The position numbers were made by a program, and so were the translations under genes. The notes beneath the pieces are model-generated. The model was not told where the DNA came from, did no database searches, and saw only the letters and a list, made by a program, of their open reading frames with translations. DNA of 64,000 nucleotides, taken from the sequence record MK250021.1; one strand, written 5' to 3'. Below are positions 25,381-36,164 of this stretch, in pieces. How positions within the stretch are numbered: the stretch's first letter is position 1; the number at the start of each line of letters is the position of its first letter.

Positions 25381-25866
25381 ATGAAATTACATAACGGCAT
25401 TTATCATACAAGAAATTCATATAGTAAAGACTGTAAATTTTGGAAAGAAAAGTGTATTCCTTATATTGAATGGTATAAGAAACATCGACTTAGAAATATT
25501 CAATTGAGAGAACATAGAATTCCAGATGATTATGATAAGAGAGATGTTATGTCTCATCTTATGCATTGTTATACAGATTTATATATGCAATCACATATTG
25601 GACGTGTAAAGAAATCTGTTATACGAAAAATATTTAATTATTGGTATAAACAACCGGGCGCATATCTTAAGAATGATGAATATCTTAATTATGATATTTT
25701 AACACCATATCCTATGTATACAGGAGATAGAGATGATGTTAGATTCCCTGTAGGTGAACCGGGTTGTTTTATTCTCTATATTACATTATTTAAAAGAAAT
25801 AAGAATGCTCTTACGAAGAAACAACAAAAATTATTGAATGAACTTCATTCATATAGAGAAAAATAA
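25381..25866 (+). CDS. Hypothetical protein
   Basis: Track ORF. Confidence 0.75.
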   Translation: MKLHNGIYHTRNSYSKDCKFWKEKCIPYIEWYKKHRLRNIQLREHRIPDDYDKRDVMSHLMHCYTDLYMQSHIGRVKKSVIRKIFNYWYKQPGAYLKNDEYLNYDILTPYPMYTGDRDDVRFPVGEPGCFILYITLFKRNKNALTKKQQKLLNELHSYREK

Positions 25867-25887
25867 ATAATTAAAAATAAATTTATT

Positions 25888-26742
25888 ATGAATAATTTTG
25901 ATGATGCAATAAAAAAGAAATTATTAGAAGATGTTAATAATTTCAATGATATAATTTATAATAGAAAGACTATTAATGAAAGTTCTATTAATAGAATGTT
26001 TTATTGGATTAATACATGTGATTGCGCATTTATTACTGCATTTAGATATGAATTAACAAATGTAGTAAATCCTGATAAAACATATTACGGACCTAATAAT
26101 GATTGGAAAGATAAAAAGATATTCACTCATGAAGAGAATCGCATGAAGAATAAATTGCTTTATGGTGAATTACTTAAATTAAAATATGGTGTTATCAAGG
26201 TAAAAGGTGTATATCCAGAAGGTATGGATAAAGAATCATCTGAAGAAAGTTATTTAGTTGTAAATAGATTTAATGATCTTGAATTTTTAAATAATATTTT
26301 AAGATTAGGAGAATTTTATAATCAAGACTCTATCTATTATAAGCCGAAGAATAAAACATATGGTTATCTTATAGGCACGAATAATGCATACCCAGGTTAT
26401 CATAAGAAAGGAGATGAAAGTACATTAAAATTAGGTACTGCTTCAAATTTTATGTCACGACTTGGAAATAAAGCATTCTCATTTATTCCAAAAAATGCTA
26501 TTAAATTTAATAATAAAGAAGATGCAGTAAATACAGAATCTGAATATCAAAAGTATTGGACAGATTATTCAGGAACGTCATTTAAAGATAGAAAAAAGAA
26601 CAGAACAATAAATCCTAAATTACAAGAAGCTTTAGAATTTTGGAGAACTAATTTAGGTGGTATTGATATTATTGAAAAAATGCATCCAAAAACAAGATTA
26701 TGTATGTTTAGTTTTTTAAGAGAAAATTTAAATAATGAATAA
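25888..26742 (+). CDS. Hypothetical large-phage protein
   Basis: Track ORF; AFITAFR...EESYLV...YNQDSI. Confidence 0.8.
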   Translation: MNNFDDAIKKKLLEDVNNFNDIIYNRKTINESSINRMFYWINTCDCAFITAFRYELTNVVNPDKTYYGPNNDWKDKKIFTHEENRMKNKLLYGELLKLKYGVIKVKGVYPEGMDKESSEESYLVVNRFNDLEFLNNILRLGEFYNQDSIYYKPKNKTYGYLIGTNNAYPGYHKKGDESTLKLGTASNFMSRLGNKAFSFIPKNAIKFNNKEDAVNTESEYQKYWTDYSGTSFKDRKKNRTINPKLQEALEFWRTNLGGIDIIEKMHPKTRLCMFSFLRENLNNE

Positions 26743-27745
26743 TAAAGATAATTAGATAATTTCAAAATATATAGAAAATAATTCTATTAAAAAGAATTGT
26801 CAATATTGGAATCATATAGATACAGATGATCAAATTTATATTAAAGATAAATTTAAACATATCAAAGATATAAAATTATCAGAATGTCTCTATATGATTC
26901 TTCATCATTTAGATAATAGGCCAATTTGTCCTATATGTCATAAAGAAATAAAACTAGAAAGATTCTCATTAGGATACAAAACATTTTGCTCTAATACATG
27001 TAAATATTCAGATAAAGGAAAACAACTTATTCATGAAAAACAAAAGGAGACATGTTTAGAAAAATATGGAGTTAATAATCCAATGAAAGATATTTCTATC
27101 AAAAATAAATCTATATCTAAATGTAAAGAAACAAATAAACGAAAATACAATGTTGAATATAATTTTCAACGTGAAGATATAAGAAAACAAATTATTCAAA
27201 CAGTAAAAAATAAAACCGGTTATGAATATGCGTTTTTAAATAAAGAAAAAGTATTATATACATTACATAATAAATATGGCTCTGGTATAGATAATGTATT
27301 TCAATTAGATAGCATTAAAGATAAATCGAATAAAACAAAAGAATTAAATAATAGTTTTAATACTTCTAAATATGAAGATTTAACATATGAAATATTAAGA
27401 GAACATTATAGTAATGTAATAAGACAATTTAAATCAGAATTATATCCATTTAATTGTGATTTTTATATTGTAGATAAAGATACATATATAGAAATAAATG
27501 CAAGTTGGACACATGGCAAACATCCATTTAATGAGGATGATTTAAATGATGTTAAACTTTATAATGAATGGATGAATAAATCAGACTATTATAAGAATTC
27601 TGCTTATAATTGGAGATTTATAGATACAAAGAAAAGGAATATTGCAAAAGAAAATAATTTAAGATATTTTGAAATATTCCCTATAAATATAGAAGATTTA
27701 AAAAATAAATTGAAAAAAATTATTCAAAAAATAGACAATTTATAA
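26735..27745 (+). CDS. Putative Vsr-like/PD-(D/E)xK homing endonuclease, 336 aa; code 15
   Basis: ATG 26735 with TAG at codon 7; CPIC, FCSNTC, CLEKYGVNNP, YPFNCDFYI..YIEINASWTHG. Confidence 0.75.
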
Positions 27746-27787
27746 AATTTCTTCTATAAATAGATAGAATAAAGAAAATTAGGAATA

Positions 27788-28912
27788 ATGCCTAAGAAAG
27801 TTTAGTTTGAAGAATTTGAGTAGAGATTAAAAAATAAATTTGGTGATAAGTTTAAATATATTGATTTAAGTTTAATAGATAAAGAAAACTTTAATTATTT
27901 AGATAAGTATCCTATTAAATGTTTAATACATAATAAAATAGCATATAAAGAGCCGAAAATCTTTTTAAGATCTACAACATTAAATATATGTAGTAAATGT
28001 CAAAGGGAATAGCAAGTTCGTGATTCACATAAAATGCATGAAGGTAAAGAAAGACATTATACATCAGTTGATGAATTTCTAGAGCGTTTATATTAGAAAT
28101 ATAAAGATAAAATAACTATTGATAAAAATGATATTTTATTAAATAAAAATGGTTCAGTAAATTTTTCATAGAAAATGAAATTTATATGTCAAAAACATGG
28201 TGAATTTTATTGTAAACCATCCGATATATTTCGTTCAACTCATGGATGCTCAAAATGTGCTAATGAATATATGAAATTAAAAAATATTCAATATGGTGAA
28301 GAACGAAGATAGTCATTTATAAATGATGCTATTAAAATTCATGGTAATCAATATGATTATTCAAAGGTTGATATAACAGGTAAACTAAAAAAAGTTGAAA
28401 TTATATGTAAAGATCACGGTTCATTTTTTATGATGCCATCTTTACATTTAAGAGGTGAAGGTTGTAAACTTTGTAATAAAACAAATTTATTAAATTGTGA
28501 ACGACGTTTATATCAAATATTAATTGATAATTTTCCTAATGAAGAAATTATTAAATAGTATCATAACTTTTTAGGAAGACAAAGTTTAGATTTTTATTTT
28601 CCTAAATATAAAATAGGAATAGAATATCAAGGTAAGCAACATTTTGTTACTAGTGAATATTTACATAATGACACAAGGCATTCATTAAAACATTAGAAAG
28701 AACTTGATGAAAAGAAGTTCAATAAATGTAAAGAACATAATGTTACACTTTTATATTTTACATTTGATAAATAGTATGAAAATATTGAATATTACTCAAA
28801 ACTATATGTAAATATAAAAGACTTAATTGAAAAAATACAATATATAATAAATAATTACAATGTTTGCGTTAATAGTAATACAGACATTGAGCAACAAAAA
28901 TTAAATACATAA
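27788..28912 (+). CDS. Putative Vsr-like homing endonuclease with Zn-ribbon repeats, 374 aa; code 15
   Basis: CQKHGEF..GCSKC, CKDHGSF..GCKLC, SLDFYFPKYKIGIEYQGKQHF; several TAG; absent from track. Confidence 0.8.
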
Positions 28913-28918
28913 TAAATT

Positions 28919-29512
28919 ATGAGCAACAAAAAAGTAGTTGGAATTGATTTAGGTACTGGAAACAGTGCGGTAGCCATCATTGAGAATGGCGTAGCTAAAG
29001 TAATTGAAAATGCAGATGGTTATAAGACAACTCCATCTGTTGTGTACATCAAGGGTGATGAAACAAAAATTGGTGCAGCCGCAAAACGTGGTATGGTAAT
29101 GAATCCAAAGAATACCATTTCATTTGTAAAGCGTTTTATGGGTGCTAAATGGGATGATCCTGATGTACAGAAGATGTTAAAGATGGTAACATATGATGTT
29201 ATCGATGAAAATGGAAATCCTCGTCTTAAGATTGACGATAAAACATATTCACCAGAGCAAATTTCATCTATGATTCTTAAGAATATGTATGAAGTTGCAA
29301 AGGGATTCTATGGAACAGAAGATTGTAAAGACGCTGTTATTACTGTTCCTGCATGGTTTAATGATATTCAGCGTAATGCTACAAAGGTAGCAGGTCAGTT
29401 GGCTGGTTTGAATGTTCTTCGTATTATTAATGAGCCAACTGCAGCAGTTCTTTCTTCAAATATTGATACAAAATCAGGAGACAAGATTGTTCTTGTTAAT
29501 GACCTCGGTTGT
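28919..29512 (+). CDS. dnaK: DnaK (Hsp70) exon 1
   Basis: GIDLGTGNS, TTPSVV, VITVPAWF, LRIINEPTAA, ends VNDLGC. Confidence 0.95.
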
Positions 29513-29860
29513 AAACATTCTGTTACTGCATCCGCGCTTGCTGCTTAATCACTAAAGCAAGTGTAAAGTTAAAAACCCGTTAATTGCTGAGAGTCCCACG
29601 TTAGATATATACTAATGATAAAAATGGTCTTAAATACCGCTATTAGATGGTGACATACTAATTAGCACCAACTTTAATGTGTTGGGTATGGTAAAAAGTT
29701 TAAGAATTGGGTGACCGCCGTAAATCTTAAAATATATTAAGATAGAGCATCCAAGTATCTTGGTAACAAGATAAAGGTTCAACGACTAGAAAAAGTAATC
29801 CTATTAATTTAGGAAGAAATTTCCACGAATGCGGGTTAGTTTGGAAGTGGTACAAGTGAT

Positions 29861-29894
29861 ATAAGATAAATATTAAAAAGAATGTTTATCTTAT
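29861..29894 (+). promoter_or_regulatory. Hairpin covering the intron ORF start
   Basis: ataagataaatatt/aatgtttatcttat stem, TAAATA in 5' arm, ATG 29893. Confidence 0.55.
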
Positions 29895-30963
29895 GATTAA
29901 TACAGAGTTCTTTGATTTATTGATTAAACATATACTTAAATTATATGATGAAAATAATAATGAAATTAAATTTAATGAAATAACATATAAATTTGAAAAA
30001 CGAAAATTTTCATCAGTTACAAGTTTAGTTATATATGTAGATAATATATCACTAACATAGAAATAGTATCGTTCATATTTTATATTATATAAATGTAGAT
30101 GTGGTCGAGAACATAAAATATTATTACAAAAATATTTCTTAAAAAAGAAATTACATTGTATTAATTGCTGTTAGGATAGAAGTTTTGATGATTATGTAAT
30201 AGCGTATTATAAAGGTAAAATTAAAGAAAATAAACAAATAATATTAAAAGAATTTGATGAATATGATGATTAGTTTAAAGAAAATTATAAAAGAAATCAT
30301 TTATCAAATGAAGAATTTAAAAAATATTTACCTTATATTTATAAAATTAATAATCATTTAATAACAGAAGATATATTAAATAATATAGTATATTATTATA
30401 CAGAACATGTTAATAATCAATTTAAATTTACTGTTAATATTTCTTTTGATAATGGTATTACAAAAGAACCTATAAAATAGTTATATTTAAAATGTAATAC
30501 ATGTGGACGTATATTTAAAATACATACAAATAATATAAGATTACAAGATTTATCAAATATTCAATGTAGAAAATGTAAATTAGTAAATACTACATATCCT
30601 ATTAAAAAATATAAAAATACTAATATAACATATTAGTCAGGAATTGAAAAAGAATTTATTGATTTTTGCTTTTCTAATAATATTGAAATTGAAAATGGTA
30701 AAGAAATTATTTATGAATTTGATAATAAAGTAAGAACATATATAACAGATTTTTATTTACCATAGTTTAAATATATTATAGAACTTAAAGCTAAAAATAA
30801 GTTTTATAGAGATGATTTAAAATCTGGTAAAATTGAAGCAAAAAATAAGGTATGTATTGATTATTGTAATAAAAATAATTTAGAATTTAAGTTTGTGTTT
30901 GATTATGAATTAAATGAATTTAATCAATAGCTTCTAAATGAAAGAGATAGTCTTGAGGAATGA
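29893..30963 (+). CDS. Intron-encoded PD-(D/E)xK-type homing endonuclease, 356 aa; code 15
   Basis: CRCG, CNTCG, CRKC; YQSGIE...RTYITDFYLP...IELK; about 8 TAG; reads through S element to TGA. Confidence 0.8.
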
Positions 30964-31013
30964 AAGTTCCTCGGTAAGATAAAGAGCTTACAAAGTTAAA
31001 TAGAAACAAATAG

Positions 31014-32384
31014 GGTACAGAGGATGTTTCTATTGTTGAGATTTCTGATGGTATGATTGAGGTTCTTGCATCTGATGGTGATGTGTTCCTTGGCGGTCAG
31101 AATTATGATAATGCCATTGTTCAGTGGCTTATCGATGAGTTTAAGAAAGATACAGGTATTGATTTGAGTAAGGATAAGATGGCATATGCACGTCTTGTAG
31201 AGGCAGCAGAGAAAGCAAAGTGTGAGTTGTCAACTACTACTCAGACAGAGATTAACCTTCCTTATATTACTGTATCTGATGGTGTTCCTCAGATGTTGAT
31301 TAAGACTCTTAATCGCGCTACATTTGAGAGACTTACAGAAGATCTTACAAATAAGGTTGTAGAGATTGCACATCGTGCTGTAGAGAAGGCAGGTATTACA
31401 GAGGATCAGATTAGTGAGATTCTTCTTGTTGGCGGCTCTTCACGTATTCCTTCAGTTCAGGATGCATTGGAGAAGTCATTTAACAAACCTTTGAATAAGA
31501 CCTGTAATTTTGATGAGGCTGTTGCACTTGGTGCTGCTATTCAGGCAAATACACTTGCAGGTAATGCAACAGAGGATTCAGTACTTCTTTTGGATGTTAC
31601 ACCAATTTCACTTGGTATTGAGGTAAATGGTTGTGAGATGGCTAAGTTGATTGAAGCTAATACAACTATTCCTACACGTAAGTCACAGACATTTACAACT
31701 GCAGTAGATAATCAACCAGCTGTAACTATTAAGGTACTTCAGGGTGAACGTCCAATGTCCGCTGATAATAAGGTAATTGGTACATTTAATTTGGAGGGTA
31801 TTGCACCAGCTCCTAAGGGTGTTCCTCAGATTGAAGTAACATTTGATATTAATGCGGATGGTATTCTTGAAGTAACTGCAAAGGATAAGGGTACAAATAA
31901 GGAACAGAAGGTAACAATTCAGTCTCCTAACGCACTTTCTGATGAAGAGATTGCACGTATTAAGGCAGATGCTGAGAAGTTTGCAGAAGCAGATAAGAAG
32001 AAGAAAGAGGAAGTTGATAAGTTGAATACTGCAGAACAATATGCAACACAGGTTCAGAAGTATATTGATGATGAGAAAACAGGTGCATCTGTTCCATCTG
32101 ATAAGAAAGAAACATTGAAGACAAAGATTACTGCAGTTCTTGATGCAGTTTCTAAGAAGGATGTATCAGCAGCAGAGACTGCACGTGCAGATCTTGAAAC
32201 TGTATTTAAACCTATTGTTGAGGAAATGTATAAGAATGCAGGTGGTGCAACAGCAGGTCAACCTCAGAATGAATCACAGGGAAATCCATTTGCTAATGCA
32301 GGATTTGGTGATGCAAATGCTTCAACTTCTGATACTAAGGCAGATGATGACGTTCAAGAGGCAGATTTTGAGGAAGTAAAGTAA
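31014..32384 (+). CDS. dnaK: DnaK exon 2 (spliced product 654 aa)
   Basis: GTEDVS, LGGQNYD, LLVGGSSRIP, LLLDVTPISLG, GVPQIEVTFDI. Confidence 0.95.
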   Translation, partial: GTEDVSIVEISDGMIEVLASDGDVFLGGQNYDNAIVQWLIDEFKKDTGIDLSKDKMAYARLVEAAEKAKCELSTTTQTEINLPYITVSDGVPQMLIKTLNRATFERLTEDLTNKVVEIAHRAVEKAGITEDQISEILLVGGSSRIPSVQDALEKSFNKPLNKTCNFDEAVALGAAIQANTLAGNATEDSVLLLDVTPISLGIEVNGCEMAKLIEANTTIPTRKSQTFTTAVDNQPAVTIKVLQGERPMSADNKVIGTFNLEGIAPAPKGVPQIEVTFDINADGILEVTAKDKGTNKEQKVTIQSPNALSDEEIARIKADAEKFAEADKKKKEEVDKLNTAEQYATQVQKYIDDEKTGASVPSDKKETLKTKITAVLDAVSKKDVSAAETARADLETVFKPIVEEMYKNAGGATAGQPQNESQGNPFANAGFGDANASTSDTKADDDVQEADFEEVK

Positions 32385-32568
32385 TAAAAATATAAGGTCT
32401 TGAAATATAGACCTTATTCTAAATAAGTTATATATATTATAACAATATACAATTTAGAAATAATGAAAACTATTAAAGGTGAGTAAAAGTATGTAAAGAA
32501 GGGACGTTATCATGAGAATTGTATAACGTCCCTTTTTATGTTTAAACATTAATTTATTTGATTTAAAT

Positions 32569-33657
32569 ATGACAAAAGACTTGTATGATATATTAGGTAT
32601 TGAGAAAGGTTGTAATGATCAGAAAAAGATTAAAACTGCATTTAGACAACTTTCTAAGAAATACCATCCAGATATGCAGAGAGGAAAATCAGATGCAGAG
32701 GTAAAGGAAGCTGAGGAAAAGTTTAAGGATGTTAACCATGCATATGAAGTTTTGAGTGATCCTCAAAAGAAAGAGAATTATGATAATTTTGGTGATGAAA
32801 ATGGAAGACCAAATCCATTTGGTGGTTCCGGTGGTTTTAATCCATTTGGTGGTGATTTTGATCCATTTGGAGGATTTAATCCATTTGGAGGATTTGGTGG
32901 AAGTTCACGTCAGAAGAAAAATCAGGTTCAACCAGGTAGGGATATTCAGATGAAGATTCCTGTATCTATTGAAGATATATTTAAGGGAGTTAAGAAGAGT
33001 GTTAAATTTAAGAGAAACGTAAGGTGTTCTGTATGTCATGGTGCAGGTGGAACTGGTCAGAAGACATGTCCAAAGTGTCATGGAACTGGTAGAATTATTC
33101 ATCAGCAGCAATTTGCAATGGGGTCATTCTCTATTCATGAAGAAGTTTGTCCATTGTGTCATGGAACTGGTTTTTATGTAGAGAACAAATGTGATAAGTG
33201 TGGTGGTTCTGGATTTGATAAGAAAGAAGTAAAACTTGATATTGAATTACCATCTGGAGTACAGAATGGAGAATATCGTGTATATAGTGGTGAAGGATCC
33301 GAATCAAAGAATATTTCAGGACCTAATGGTAATTTTATCGCTATTGCAGATTATACGTTTGATACAGATAGGTATCAGGTTGATGGGTTGAATGTAGTTG
33401 AACATATTCATGTCCCTTATTATAAATTGTTGCTTGGCTGTTCATATACTCTTAATATTCCTTCTGGTGTAAGTAAGGTTGTTAAGTTGAAGAGTTGTAT
33501 TAAGGAAGGAACAATTATGAGATTAACCGGCGAAGGACTTAAGAGGTCTGATGGCCAAAAGGGTGATTACTTCATTTGTGTTCATTATCAATTTCCAGAA
33601 GACCTTAGTGCGAATGATAGAGCATTGCTTGAAGTTATAGAGAAAAACAATAAATAA
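32569..33657 (+). CDS. dnaJ: DnaJ
   Basis: J domain with HPD, G/F region, four CxxCxGxG repeats. Confidence 0.95.
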   Translation: MTKDLYDILGIEKGCNDQKKIKTAFRQLSKKYHPDMQRGKSDAEVKEAEEKFKDVNHAYEVLSDPQKKENYDNFGDENGRPNPFGGSGGFNPFGGDFDPFGGFNPFGGFGGSSRQKKNQVQPGRDIQMKIPVSIEDIFKGVKKSVKFKRNVRCSVCHGAGGTGQKTCPKCHGTGRIIHQQQFAMGSFSIHEEVCPLCHGTGFYVENKCDKCGGSGFDKKEVKLDIELPSGVQNGEYRVYSGEGSESKNISGPNGNFIAIADYTFDTDRYQVDGLNVVEHIHVPYYKLLLGCSYTLNIPSGVSKVVKLKSCIKEGTIMRLTGEGLKRSDGQKGDYFICVHYQFPEDLSANDRALLEVIEKNNK

Positions 33658-33723
33658 TATTTATTAAAACAATTTAGCTATTTTTATATATAAATAAAAA
33701 TAGCTATTTTTATTTTGTAAACC

Positions 33724-34110
33724 ATGGAAGATTTTAGTAAAGTAGAAGGTATTAAGACTAAAGGTGGAAAACCTTATGTGTAGAATAAAGAACTTATGAA
33801 AGAGATTGTACTTTCAAAGTAGAGAGATGAACTTACATATAACGCTGTTGTTATGCTTTAGTTAATTGCCGAAAATTTAGCAAAGAAAAAACATTATAAA
33901 TGTCAAGAGGATAAAGAAGATTGCATACAAACAGCAATGATGGATGTTGCCATGTATTGGAGAAGCTTTGACCCTGAGAGATTTAATAATCCATTTGCTT
34001 ATTATACAAGTATGTTATGTAATGGATTATCAAAAGGATGGAATAAGATATATGGTAAATTTAAAGCATCTGAGATGACAAGTCTTGACAACAATATACA
34101 TTCATTTTAA
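33724..34110 (+). CDS. T4 gp55-like late sigma factor, 128 aa; code 15
   Basis: YVQNKEL, ELT..A..MLQLIAENL, KEDCIQTA, SFDPERFNNPFAYYT; three TAG; absent from track. Confidence 0.8.
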
Positions 34111-34129
34111 AATTAAATAATATAAATTT

Positions 34130-34663
34130 ATGCCTGCATATGATAGTTATATTGCAGAACATGGAACTGCAATAAGTGATTTAACATTGAAGAAAATGTT
34201 AGTTAATAAAAAAGATATTTAGGATAAAATTAATAATACATTTGCATATGAAGATACGCCAGCTGTAATTCCTGGTAAATCTATTGATGATACAATAGAT
34301 AAACAATTAGATTCTTTGAATGAAGATACTGGTATGAATTCATTGATTACACAAGCAGCAATGATGAAAGCAAAAAGCGAGACTGATAAAAAAGAAGATT
34401 TAAAACAAAAAACAGAGCGACGTAAGAATTTCATTGAATCTATGATGTATCAGCAAGGTGAACTTTATTATCAACAACATCATTATTTTATGGATGGTAA
34501 GACAAAACGTAGAGTTCGTAAAGCAGTTGAACGTGCATATGATAAAGGTAAGTATAATAAGAGCGGAATTTATTTTGAACAACCACAAACAAAGACTATT
34601 ATTAGAAAACCAAAGAATACTAATAAGGAACCAGTAAATATGCAAGATATGTTAAAGATGTAA
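34130..34663 (+). CDS. Hypothetical protein, 177 aa; code 15
   Basis: ATG 34130, one TAG, in frame with track ORF 34316. Confidence 0.75.
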
Positions 34664-34720
34664 AAATAATATATATGCTCTATTAGATATTTGATTTCTG
34701 ATAGAGCATTTAATTTATAT

Positions 34721-35482
34721 ATGGATAAAGATTTAGATACTATATTAAAAGAAAAGTTTGATATTTGTTATATATTAACTTTAAGTGATAGAGAAGATAG
34801 ACGTAGTAGAATGCAATATCAATTTCATAAGATGTATTTAGATGATATAGATAGAAGTGATTTTTATCATTATCATTATACTACTAAATTTCCTTATAAT
34901 AAGTTAATTGCAAATGCGTTTAATGAATCAGGTTTAGGTAGATTTACAAAACCTAATGAGTATGATTGTTCAAGGAATCATTATTCTATTGTAAAGGAAT
35001 GTTATGATAGAGGATTTAATAATATTTTAATAATGGAAGATGATTTAAAATTCTTAAATAATAATCAGACTTTTACTAATTTTATTGATAATATTCCTGT
35101 AGATTATGATATACTTCAATTTGGAGGATTTACTACAGATCCAAAAGCAAAAGGTATATTAGAAAAATATAATGAGAATATTTATTGGGTAAAACATAGA
35201 GATATTGGTTTATGGAATGCGTCTATGTATGCTTTATCACGAAAAGGTATGGAATATTACATTGCATTTATGGATAAATTCTTTTGGGTTGCAGATGGAC
35301 CATTATTTAAAGCTCCGATAAATGATAAGTTGGTAAATACATACGTTTCTACTATACCTTTAGTTATTCAGGAAAATAAAAATATTGTTTTATCAGATAT
35401 AAGAAATAATGTGAATGATAAAATAGATTATCAGAATGACAATGTATATGAATCACAAGTTAAGTTATCAGACTACTATTAA
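34721..35482 (+). CDS. Glycosyltransferase, GT25-like
   Basis: YILTLSDREDRR, CSRNHYSI, ILIMEDD, YALSRKG; start uncertain (TTG 34691 or ATG 34721). Confidence 0.75.
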   Translation: MDKDLDTILKEKFDICYILTLSDREDRRSRMQYQFHKMYLDDIDRSDFYHYHYTTKFPYNKLIANAFNESGLGRFTKPNEYDCSRNHYSIVKECYDRGFNNILIMEDDLKFLNNNQTFTNFIDNIPVDYDILQFGGFTTDPKAKGILEKYNENIYWVKHRDIGLWNASMYALSRKGMEYYIAFMDKFFWVADGPLFKAPINDKLVNTYVSTIPLVIQENKNIVLSDIRNNVNDKIDYQNDNVYESQVKLSDYY

Positions 35483-35537
35483 AAATTAATTTTTGATTTT
35501 TGTATAAATAAGAAAATAATTTTATATAATAATCTAA

Positions 35538-35903
35538 ATGACTATGATTAACATGTATGACGAGGCTAATATAGATTTAGAAGAAATGATGTACCTTCAA
35601 GATGTTCAGGATGAAATAGAAGGTGATGAAGAACAAATTGAAGACGATGATATTTATGAAGATGATTATGATTTAACTTCTTCTTTTTTAGATAAACAAT
35701 CTTTATTAAAAGATGATGAGCGTAGACATATAAAAGTTTTACATAAACCAACGGGAAAAATATTTTCTGGAAAGTTATATGGTAAATGCGCTGGTATTCC
35801 TGATAAGTATGTATTTTCTATGCGAGAGGTGATAGATAATAAGGAAGTTGAGCCATTGAAGACTAAGATCTTTAAATTGTCAGATCTTGTGAAGAAAAAA
35901 TAA
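35538..35903 (+). CDS. Hypothetical protein with acidic N-terminus
   Basis: Track ORF. Confidence 0.75.
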   Translation: MTMINMYDEANIDLEEMMYLQDVQDEIEGDEEQIEDDDIYEDDYDLTSSFLDKQSLLKDDERRHIKVLHKPTGKIFSGKLYGKCAGIPDKYVFSMREVIDNKEVEPLKTKIFKLSDLVKKK

Positions 35904-35936
35904 ATATCATAACTAAATTATTAATAAAGGAAACTA

Positions 35937-36119
35937 ATGGTAAAGAAAATGGCACCGCGACGGGTAAAGATTTGTCCAGGATGTCCCTCAAAAGGATTGG
36001 ATTTTGATGTGACTCCACAATTTAATTTCGTTCCAGAGAAAAAACGAGATACTAAAAAAATTACAATTATCAGTGATGTAAAAAATCATATTAAAGGAAA
36101 GATTTCATCATTGTTTTAA
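35937..36119 (+). CDS. Small hypothetical protein
   Basis: Track ORF followed by hairpin. Confidence 0.55.
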   Translation: MVKKMAPRRVKICPGCPSKGLDFDVTPQFNFVPEKKRDTKKITIISDVKNHIKGKISSLF

Positions 36120-36164
36120 TAAAATAAGAGATTATAGTTTTTTGTATACTATAATCTCTTATTT

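Larger units (their letters stand above)
29513..31013 (+). mobile_element. Group I intron (IA-like), 1501 nt, in dnaK
   Basis: P1 with U.G splice pair, P10, P3 29574-80/29831-37, R GTTCAACGACTA 29777-88, S/P7' TAGTC 30948-52, P9 GAAA loop, terminal G 31013. Confidence 0.9.

Noticed and set aside
28919-32384. dnaK as a broken pseudogene or intein-containing gene
   Set aside because: No intein motifs; full group I core and an in-frame splice junction explain it
32810-32900. Short tandem aatccatttggtgg/aatccatttggagg repeats
   Set aside because: Encode the G/F-rich linker of DnaJ
31683-33111. Antisense and alternate-frame track ORFs over dnaK/dnaJ (also 46522, 46950, 47648, 47678, 55557, 59051, 59717 and similar)
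   Set aside because: Shadow ORFs of well-supported genes with implausible composition
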